Shown one piece after another: positions 26,006 through 32,000 of a stretch of DNA of 32,000 nucleotides; within the stretch, counting starts at the first letter, position 1, and every line of letters begins with the position of its first letter. The DNA lies in NCBI GenBank assembly GCA_964536865.1, contig CAZHYN010000009.1, positions 1 through 32,000 of the forward strand, in the 5' to 3' direction. This DNA is from an uncultured Planctomycetia bacterium. GTDB lineage: Bacteria; Omnitrophota; Gorgyraeia; Duberdicusellales; 4484-171. A program made the translations under genes and the position numbers. The notes under the pieces were generated by a model, which was not told where the DNA came from, did no database searches, and worked only from the letters and a program-made list of their open reading frames with translations.

Positions 26006-26153
26006 GGCTCTCTCCTTTATATAAAACTATTTTATCCCTGTACAAAAAACAATCTTTTTTACACAACTTTCAGAAAGAGATTTAAACATTCTCAAATTCT
26101 TAAGAATATTGGAATAGTTTTTGTTAATCATTATCACTTTATCCAGCAAAATC

Positions 26154-26336
26154 CTACTTTTTCATAAAACTGGAGTTATGCAAAAGATTCCTGGGAATTC
26201 TTAAGACAATTCTTCCATCAGGTAACTGATAAAAAACTCTTTCTCCAACACAAAAAACATTGGGCAAACCTAATTTTCTGTTTTCTGCTTGCGCTTTTCT
26301 TACAGCTTTGGTAAATATTGTAAGTATTTCTATCAT
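26154..26336 (-). CDS. Hypothetical small protein (60 aa)
   Basis: ATG-initiated ORF. Its ATG overlaps (ATGA) the stop of a possible 53-aa upstream ORF. No family recognised. Confidence 0.4.
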   Translation of the reverse strand: MIEILTIFTKAVRKAQAENRKLGLPNVFCVGERVFYQLPDGRIVLRIPRNLLHNSSFMKK

Positions 26337-26494
26337 CTCTTGATAAATAGTTTTAGGCTTCTGCCTTTTTTTTCATCCCTTCTCCTTTTTCCTGGCAATA
26401 TAGATAAAAATCTTTTAAAATTTTCCTCATCTATTATAGTATAATCTTCCTTTTCTCCACATGCTACTAAAAATGGGTATAATAAATAATTCAC
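26333..26494 (-). CDS. Possible 53-aa ORF (GTG start), speculative
   Basis: Hand translation gives VNYLLYPFLVACGEKEDYTIIDEENFKRFLSILPGKRRRDEKKGRSLKLFIKR*. The stop TGA at 26335-26333 overlaps the next ATG. It is below the size cut-off of the ORF track, has a weak RBS, and contains no ATG in frame. Confidence 0.2.
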   Translation of the reverse strand: MNYLLYPFLVACGEKEDYTIIDEENFKRFLSILPGKRRRDEKKGRSLKLFIKR

Positions 26495-26536
26495 TCTTCA
26501 TCTTGAACAACTCAACATTTATTCCTGCACCCTCCT

Positions 26537-27736
26537 TCAATAAAGAAAACCAAAAAGCCATAAGGGAATCCTGTTTTTAAATCCCACAATTATATCATCT
26601 ACTGCTAAAAAAGTATCTTGAGAGCCTTTAAACTTTTTCTCTTTACCTCCAACTTCAAATGATATTCCTTTACTATCTACAAAATCTACTTTATCAGAAT
26701 AATATAGTTTTTTCAAAACTCCTACCTGATTAAGAAAGAATGTCTCTCTAATGTTTCCCTTCTCTATACTAAAACCTTTCTCTTGTTCAATAAGGTAAAA
26801 AAGATTACTGTTTTCTAAATATATCTTTTGAGGTTTACGCAATAAACTAAATCCTTTTGCTTTTGAATAGAGTAAAATAAATAAACCTGCTTTTTGAAGT
26901 TCCTCAATATAAGTATAAATGTATTCCTTGGAAATTCCTAACTGTGAACTTATCTTAGAAATGTTAGGAATAAAAGGTTGAGAGGTGGCTACTAAGTAAA
27001 AAAGTTTTTTTAAATTATAGATTGTGAAGTGTTTAATATTAAAAAGCGAGGGTATATCTTCGTAGAATATTTTTTCTATTACATTACCTAATTTATTATA
27101 GAAGGATTCAATCCCTTCCTTAAAAAAGGGATAATAACCATATTTTAGATATTCCCTAAAGTATTTTAGAACAGGAAGTTGTGAACTGACCTCATCTGCC
27201 AATTTTATATGTTCTTTGGGCAGTTCCTTAAAATTAATGGACTTGAATTGCTTCTTTAGACGCAAAACTAAATATTCTCTGAAAGAAAGCCCCCTTAAAT
27301 TATAAAAAACTGCTCTACGAGAAAGGTCTCCTTTTCCTTTTAAAATACCTATACTTGAACTCCCTGAAAATATTATCTTTTTTTTAGGAAATGAATCATA
27401 AATATTCTTTAATTCTATTTGCCAATCAGGATATTTGTGGATTTCATCTATAAGAAGACCTTTTCCTCCAAATTTGAAAAACTCCTCGGCTATATTATAT
27501 AATCCTCTATTTATCACGTTTATATTATCTGCGGAAAGGTATAGACAATCCTGAGGAGTTCTAAAATTATGCAGATAATACTGTAAAAGTAAAGTAGTTT
27601 TACCTACTCCCCTTGCTCCTACAATCCCTATAAGACGATTACCCCAATTTATTTTTTCAAAAAGGTATCTTCTATAAAAGAATTTTTCTACCTCCTTAAT
27701 AAGTGACAACTGAATTTCTATAAATTTCTCTATCAT
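26537..27736 (-). CDS. AAA+ P-loop ATPase, COG1373-like (AAA_14/DUF4143-type)
   Basis: 399-aa ORF. Walker A GARGVGKT, Walker B LLIDEIHKYPDW, and the characteristic C-terminal ...FEVGGKEKK...IPLWLFGFLY tail. Confidence 0.85.
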   Translation of the reverse strand: MIEKFIEIQLSLIKEVEKFFYRRYLFEKINWGNRLIGIVGARGVGKTTLLLQYYLHNFRTPQDCLYLSADNINVINRGLYNIAEEFFKFGGKGLLIDEIHKYPDWQIELKNIYDSFPKKKIIFSGSSSIGILKGKGDLSRRAVFYNLRGLSFREYLVLRLKKQFKSINFKELPKEHIKLADEVSSQLPVLKYFREYLKYGYYPFFKEGIESFYNKLGNVIEKIFYEDIPSLFNIKHFTIYNLKKLFYLVATSQPFIPNISKISSQLGISKEYIYTYIEELQKAGLFILLYSKAKGFSLLRKPQKIYLENSNLFYLIEQEKGFSIEKGNIRETFFLNQVGVLKKLYYSDKVDFVDSKGISFEVGGKEKKFKGSQDTFLAVDDIIVGFKNRIPLWLFGFLY

Positions 27737-27759
27737 AAGATTCCTTATATGTAAAGTAT

Positions 27760-27788
27760 AGTTTACTATTTTTGATAAAATCCGTCAA
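27760..27788 (-). promoter_or_regulatory. Sigma70-like promoter TTGACG-N17-TAAACT
   Basis: On the minus strand, TTGACG is at 27788-27783, followed by a 17-nt spacer and TAAACT at 27765-27760. AAGGA lies 6 nt before the ATG at 27736. Confidence 0.35.
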
Positions 27789-28098
27789 CTACAATTTACT
27801 CTCATATACTCTGGCTATCTCTTTTAGTTCTATCACTCCAGTTACTATCTACAGCGATAATCTCTGTTTTATCTTGAGGATAGATTAAATCTCATTAAGC
27901 AGTTTTCTATGTTTTTCTTCATCTCTGAAAACCTACCTCTTGTCAATAAAAACTTCTTTATTTTGTTTTTCTACTTTATTTTATATTCTTTTAATGGTAT
28001 TTAAGCCATTTATCTCTTCATTTCACTAAGGAGACAATTTTGTCCCTTTATTAAAACAGTTATTTCAACTCCTGGAGTTGTGTCTTCACATTTGGCAT

Positions 28099-28326
28099 TC
28101 ATCTACTTATCAGATAATACCCTGCTCCACCAGTAACAAGAACAGTTGGAGGTTGGAAGTTGGAGGTTTGATGTTTGAGGTTGGATGATTGACGTTTGAT
28201 GATTTGGGTTGATAAAACAAAATCTTCTGATTTAGGAAATTTCTTAGAAAGGTTGTAAATCTCCTTAACTAGATTATTGGCTAACTTATATACTTCTAAA
28301 TTTTCAAAATTATATTTTTGATACAT
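28099..28326 (-). pseudogene. Truncated four-helix-bundle protein gene (23S rRNA IVS-protein / Avd-like family) running into heptamer repeats
   Basis: MYQKYNFENLEVYKLANNLVKEIYNLSKKFPKSEDFVLSTQIIK matches the first ~44 aa of the family (..ENL.VWQ.A..L...IY.LT..FP..E...L.SQ..R). The remaining ~70 aa are missing. The frame continues through heptamer-encoded RQSSNLKHQTSNFQPP. Confidence 0.65.
28144..28213. repeat. Tandem heptamer array, 10 units, consensus NGTT(G/T)GA
   Basis: Read directly: AGTTGGA GGTTGGA AGTTGGA GGTTTGA TGTTTGA GGTTGGA TGATTGA CGTTTGA TGATTTG GGTTGAT. Confidence 0.9.
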
Positions 28327-28330
28327 AATT

Positions 28331-28379
28331 CTAACATCTAACATCTAACATCCAACATCCAACATCTAACATCTAATCA
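28331..28379. repeat. Tandem heptamer array, 7 units, C(T/C)AACAT (reverse complement of the 28144-28213 family)
   Basis: Read directly: CTAACAT x3, CCAACAT x2, CTAACAT, CTAATCA. The reverse complement, GTT(A/G)GAT, is the same family as the downstream array, so the two arrays are inverted. Confidence 0.9.
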
Positions 28380-28457
28380 GCCCTAAATATTCCTGCTTCC
28401 CCTATCTTTTCCACTTTTGCGCAAAACTGGAATTCTTTCTGCCATTTCTGCCTCTTT

Positions 28458-28499
28458 CCTACCTACTACCTCCTGTCTACTGCCTACTATCTACTGTCC
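28458..28499. repeat. Third heptamer array, ~6 units, consensus ACTNCCT / CT(A/G)(C/T)CTA
   Basis: Read directly: CCTACCT ACTACCT CCTGTCT ACTGCCT ACTATCT ACTGTCC. It overlaps the last codons of the ATPase gene 28477-29787. Confidence 0.8.
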
Positions 28500-29787
28500 G
28501 CAGTAGCCATTTCCACAAAGGAATGAATTTTATTTTTATCTTGTTAATATTCAATTCTTCTTCATAATCCCAGGTAATTATTGACAAATTTTTACATTTT
28601 AATAAAGAGCTTGCTTTTTTTAAAAAATCTATTTCTTTTTTCTCCATCTCCTCTATTGTATTTATAAAACTAACTTGAATTAAATTTTTAATTTCAGAAC
28701 CTTCCTTTATCAAAAAATCTATCTCCCTTTGCTGATGGTCTTTGTAATAGTAAATTTCCCAATTATTTTGCCAGTAACTCTTTCTTCTTAAAAGCTCTAC
28801 AGCTACCAGATTCTCCATAAGTTTTCCTATATTTTCAGAAATTTTAAAAGAAATAACATCTGCCATTGCTGTATCAATACAATAAATCTTTTTGGGAGCA
28901 ATTTCCTGCTGTTTCAGTTTTGGGGAGTATCTTTCGAGAACAAAGAGTAAATAGGAATCTTCTAAAGCCCCCAACCAATTCTTTAAAGTATGCACATCTT
29001 TTATCTCAAATATATGAGAAAGTTTTCTCATCGTAAATTCAGAAGAAATGTTTGAAATCAGGTATCTGGCAACTCTTTTAAAAGTTTCTTTTCTTTTAAT
29101 TTTATATCTTTTTAAAATATCTTTTTCAATTATATCGGCATAAATTCGAGAAAGTATTTCTCTACCTAATATATAAACTTCAGGAAAACCTCCAATTTTT
29201 ATATACTCTTCTAAAAAACTTTTTATCTGGGCTATCTCAGAAACAGAATAAAAAGTATCTTTTTCAATTTTAAATCCTTTATAATCTAAAAACTCTCGGA
29301 AACTAAAAGGAAATAGATTAAAATCAATGTATCTTCCTGTTAGATGTGTAGAAAGTTCTCCAGAAAGTAATTTAGAATTACTCCCTGTAATTATCAGGCT
29401 TTTAGTTCTTCTTAATCTATTTACAAATAACTCCCATTTTTCAACATTCTGGGGCTCATCTAAAATCATTCTTTCTATTTTTCCATAAAGCTCATAGAAT
29501 GCCTGTAAAATTTTATCTAAATCTTCTGTTTTTATATCTGCTAATCTTTCATCGTCAAAATTAATATAGGCAAAAGCTTTATCTGATAAAGAAGAAAAAA
29601 TCTGCCAAGAAAAGATAGACTTGCCACATCTTCTTACACCTAAGATTGCCAGAATATTAGGGTGGAAAAGAAATTTTTTTAATCTATTCTTTTCTGGTTC
29701 TCGCTCTATAATTTTGCTCTTTTTAAATTTCTCCTCTATCTCTTCTTTTTGAGAAATAATCACTTTTTTAAGTATTTCTACATTCAT
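28477..29787 (-). CDS. AAA_14 + DUF4143 P-loop ATPase (COG1373 family), paralog Z
   Basis: Walker A GVRRCGKS, Walker B MILDEPQ, and a C-terminal REIDFLIK...IQVSF nuclease-fold-like region. The ORF track start at 29793 is GTG; the first ATG is at 29787. The C-terminus ...KIKFIPLWKWLL is shared with 31227-32000. Confidence 0.85.
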   Translation of the reverse strand: MNVEILKKVIISQKEEIEEKFKKSKIIEREPEKNRLKKFLFHPNILAILGVRRCGKSIFSWQIFSSLSDKAFAYINFDDERLADIKTEDLDKILQAFYELYGKIERMILDEPQNVEKWELFVNRLRRTKSLIITGSNSKLLSGELSTHLTGRYIDFNLFPFSFREFLDYKGFKIEKDTFYSVSEIAQIKSFLEEYIKIGGFPEVYILGREILSRIYADIIEKDILKRYKIKRKETFKRVARYLISNISSEFTMRKLSHIFEIKDVHTLKNWLGALEDSYLLFVLERYSPKLKQQEIAPKKIYCIDTAMADVISFKISENIGKLMENLVAVELLRRKSYWQNNWEIYYYKDHQQREIDFLIKEGSEIKNLIQVSFINTIEEMEKKEIDFLKKASSLLKCKNLSIITWDYEEELNINKIKIKFIPLWKWLLRTVDSRQ

Positions 29788-29940
29788 AACCACATATTTT
29801 TTATAAAAGTTTGCAGTTTCAATTTATTATACCTTCATAATTTTACCTCTACAAGTAATTTTTGTCCCAAATTATTACGATTATCATAACCTTATCTTCT
29901 TCGCCTCCCTGAGGCAGATGGTTTCTCAATCTTCTATTCC

Positions 29941-30113
29941 CTACCTTCCTAATTTCTTCTTACACTCCCCTTTCAGCAGCCATTTCCATAAAGGAATGAA
30001 TTTTATTTTTTTACCTTTAAATTTATCTTCTGCTTCGTAATCCCAGGTTATTTTAATAAGTTGTCACTATTAAGTTCTTTACTGGCTTTAATGAAGAGGT
30101 GATTTCTCTTTCC
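29941..30113 (-). pseudogene. Frameshifted 3'-end stump of a third DUF4143 ATPase paralog
   Basis: Hand translation gives ...RNHLFIKASKELNSDNLLK* in one frame, then ITWDYEAEDKFKGKKIKFIPLWKWLLKGEC... in another. This parallels KREIKSLFEASEELKCNNLSIITWDYEAEDEFKGKKIKFIPLWRWLLEGKEL of the 31227 gene. 29974-30048 is about 95% identical to 31245-31319. Confidence 0.7.
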
Positions 30114-30228
30114 TTAATGGATATTTGCCTTAATGGATATTTGGAGACAAAACTTCCAAAAGGAGATCTCGCTTCCGCTCTAAATGTTCTCCTGCATTGA
30201 AGAGATAGCCCTTCACTTTCCAAGAGTC

Positions 30229-30696
30229 TCAGAAGGTTTGCCTTCTACGGCCCTCTTTGCCTTCTTCGTTCAGCTTATCCTTTACCAATAAATCTATTGA
30301 CATACCCCATAAAATCATAAAAGTCGCCCAGCCGGTTTTGTAAAATCTCGTATATTTTTTTAAGTCTAAATCAACGTATTCATGCACAAGAATATTTCTT
30401 AATCCTGCCATACCACGAATGGTTTTAGCAAATTCAGAAGGAATTATTTCCCTCTCCCCTAACTTATCAATAATATCTACATAATCTTCAATTTGATTTT
30501 CTCCTATAGAGGCTAAAATATGATTACCCACATCAAAAATAATTTGAATTGATAGTTGCAATCCGTGACAAATTAACCACTGCTTGCCTAAGGATGAGGA
30601 AAAATCTTTCCAGGGAATATCTCTGTTTTTCTCTAATTCTTTCAAGTAGATACTTAATTCCTGAAACTTCTTTTCAATTACTTCCTTATCAATCAT
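30229..30696 (-). CDS. hepT: HepT-like HEPN-domain toxin (DUF86)
   Basis: 155-aa ORF with the Rx4-6H motif GLRNILVHEY. It sits 42 nt downstream of the nucleotidyltransferase partner. RBS GGGGAGGGG. Confidence 0.85.
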   Translation of the reverse strand: MIDKEVIEKKFQELSIYLKELEKNRDIPWKDFSSSLGKQWLICHGLQLSIQIIFDVGNHILASIGENQIEDYVDIIDKLGEREIIPSEFAKTIRGMAGLRNILVHEYVDLDLKKYTRFYKTGWATFMILWGMSIDLLVKDKLNEEGKEGRRRQTF

Positions 30697-30738
30697 TTTC
30701 CCCTCCCCTTTTTTTGCTCCATTAAAGAAGGTAGTCCG

Positions 30739-31134
30739 CTAACGCGATTTAAGCAGATATTTATAATCGTTATATCTATTAATTGTATCTATCTGAAACT
30801 TAATGCGTTTTCTTTCGTCTTGACTATAGATAATTTTTCCGAAATATAAAATACGGTGCCTTAAGAGAGGATTTGCTTCATCAAGAATTACCAAATCGAC
30901 ATTATTTGTTTTTAACAGCTGAACTAAATCTGCTAATATTTCTGACTTATATCCATAAGGGTAAATCTTTTCTTTAATTCTATCTCTGTCTATAAGTAAG
31001 GCAATATCAATATCACTTAAGGGGTTCATCCTTCCCCGGGCTAAAGAGCCAAATACATAAGCAACCTCAACTTCGGGATGCATTTTGAAATACTCTTTTA
31101 ATATTTCTTGAACTTCATTAATATTTCTTACCAT
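30739..31134 (-). CDS. mntA: MntA-like minimal nucleotidyltransferase antitoxin
   Basis: 131-aa ORF with the minimal NTase signature AYVFGSLARGR...SDIDIALL (GS-x-D-x-D). Confidence 0.85.
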   Translation of the reverse strand: MVRNINEVQEILKEYFKMHPEVEVAYVFGSLARGRMNPLSDIDIALLIDRDRIKEKIYPYGYKSEILADLVQLLKTNNVDLVILDEANPLLRHRILYFGKIIYSQDERKRIKFQIDTINRYNDYKYLLKSR

Positions 31135-31226
31135 CTTAATGGCTATTGACTTTCGGAGTCAGCTCTTTACATTTGACTACACCTACGCGGTGTAAGAGGT
31201 TCTTCGGTTTTCTACCCACCATCTTT

Positions 31227-32000
31227 TCACAACTCCTTTCCTTCCAGCAGCCACCTCCATAAAGGGATGAATTTTATTTTTTTACCTTTAAATTCATCTT
31301 CTGCTTCGTAATCCCAGGTAATAATTGATAGATTATTGCACTTCAATTCTTCACTTGCCTCAAATAAAGATTTTATTTCTCTTTTCCTAACTTCAAAATT
31401 ACTTATTTCATAACAAGTCTGCATTAATTCTTCAATCTCTGCTTTTTTTAAAACAAAATCAACTTCTTTTTTATTTCTTGTTTGATAATAAAAAACATCT
31501 CTATTTAATCTATAACCCCTTCTTAAAGTTTCAACAAAAACCAGATTTTCCATTAGTCTTCCTGTATTTTGAGAAAACCTGAATGCTTTTGCCAGAATAA
31601 AACCATTATTAACAAGATAAATCTTTCTGGGAGACTTAATCTGCTCTTTTACTTTAAAAGAAAACCTATCCAGTGGGAAAAAGAGATAAGCTTCTTCAAG
31701 ATATTTTAAATATTTCTGAAGTGTGTTTGTGCTTCTGAATTTTAAAATATTTTTTAACTTATTAAAACTGAACTCAGAACAAAAATTACTTATTAAATAA
31801 ACTGCCAAATCATAAATTTCTTGAGAAAATCTTACTCTGTATCTTTTTACTACATCTTTAAATAAGATAGCATCAAAAAGTGTCTCTAAATAAGTTTCTG
31901 CAGGCAAATTCTTTAAAACTACTTCTGGAAAACCACCTTTTTTAAGATATTCATCTAAATAACCTAAAATTTTACCTTTGACTTCAGGTATTTTTAAATA
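31227..32000 (-). CDS. AAA_14 + DUF4143 ATPase, paralog X (5' end outside the window)
   Basis: The listed ORF starts at a TTG (31907). The frame stays open to position 32000 (YLKIPEVKGKILGYLDEYLKKGGFPEVVLKN-LPAETY...) and aligns with residues ~190 onward of paralog Z (FLEEYIKIGGFPEVYIL...). The gene is therefore partial. Confidence 0.85.
   Translation of the reverse strand, partial: YLKIPEVKGKILGYLDEYLKKGGFPEVVLKNLPAETYLETLFDAILFKDVVKRYRVRFSQEIYDLAVYLISNFCSEFSFNKLKNILKFRSTNTLQKYLKYLEEAYLFFPLDRFSFKVKEQIKSPRKIYLVNNGFILAKAFRFSQNTGRLMENLVFVETLRRGYRLNRDVFYYQTRNKKEVDFVLKKAEIEELMQTCYEISNFEVRKREIKSLFEASEELKCNNLSIITWDYEAEDEFKGKKIKFIPLWRWLLEGKEL

Noticed and set aside
27737-28098. The 360-nt gap upstream of the 399-aa ATPase: GATAG motifs spaced ~14-15 nt apart (27815-27860 region), short ATG ORFs of 12-17 aa, and a TTGACA at ~27925-27930.
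   Set aside because: There is no ORF of meaningful length, the motifs are short and few, and there is no matching -10 at proper spacing for the TTGACA. Only the TTGACG-N17-TAAACT promoter next to the gene seemed worth listing.
28099-28140. The tail of the chimeric 81-aa ORF reads TVLVTGGAGYYLISR. This resembles the N-terminal Rossmann motif (VLVTGGAGYIGSH) of GalE-type epimerases and could indicate a decayed SDR gene extending into 27740-28100.
   Set aside because: Only about 9 residues match. The downstream frames are full of stops, and the weak follow-on similarities (EIIAVDSN...) are not convincing. It is possibly a real gene fragment but cannot be supported without a database search.
28144-28499. 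Whether the repeat arrays near 28.1-28.5 kb are a CRISPR array.
   Set aside because: The units are contiguous 7-mers with no spacers. There are no 25-40 nt repeats, no leader, and no cas genes in the window.
1-32000. Search by eye for mobile-element hallmarks (transposase, integrase, IS inverted repeats, tRNA attachment sites), rRNA, tRNA, riboswitch-like leaders, and an alternative genetic code.
   Set aside because: None found. All large ORFs are accounted for by biosynthetic, ATPase or TA families, and the genes read through cleanly with the standard bacterial code. The mosaic structure is therefore described only as recombination scars, not as a defined mobile element.

Overview
AT-rich bacterial window, roughly 30% GC by eye, with hand-counted 100-nt samples ranging from 14% to 49%. 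Every gene I can support is on the minus strand.

(1) Positions ~190-24,300 hold one long, tightly packed Wzx/Wzy-type surface-polysaccharide (O-antigen/EPS/LPS) locus with many 1-17 nt start/stop overlaps. It encodes:
- an EPS-type MarR regulator
- a GDP-mannose 3,5-epimerase-like SDR
- two paralogous nucleotide-sugar dehydrogenases
- a SAM methyltransferase
- a truncated wzx stump next to an intact wzx
- a glycosyltransferase-methyltransferase fusion
- about ten glycosyltransferases (GT2, GT4, GT9, GT26, and a frameshifted CgeB-like one)
- two Wzy/O-antigen-ligase-like membrane proteins
- a WbaP-like priming phosphotransferase
- a Gfo/Idh/MocA oxidoreductase plus hexapeptide acyltransferase pair
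- a VanZ-like protein

(2) Positions 24.6-32 kb are an accessory island. It holds four P-loop ATPase genes plus one ATPase gene stump: an Arch_ATPase+DUF234 type and COG1373/AAA_14+DUF4143 types. These are interleaved with a MntA/HepT toxin-antitoxin pair, a stump of a four-helix-bundle (23S IVS-protein family) gene caged by inverted heptamer arrays, and tiny ORFs.

The signals I consider most worth a second look are:
- the heptamer-array/4HB structure
- a family of hairpin-rich intergenic repeats that bracket one GT4 gene and recur upstream of the MarR gene
- the recombination scar at the wzx stump, with its sharp GC discontinuities
- the repeated 'ATPase followed by small cargo' layout

I saw no rRNA, tRNA, CRISPR array, transposase or integrase. 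All family calls come from motif recognition by eye. No HMM or BLAST search was run, and identities and GC values are hand estimates.
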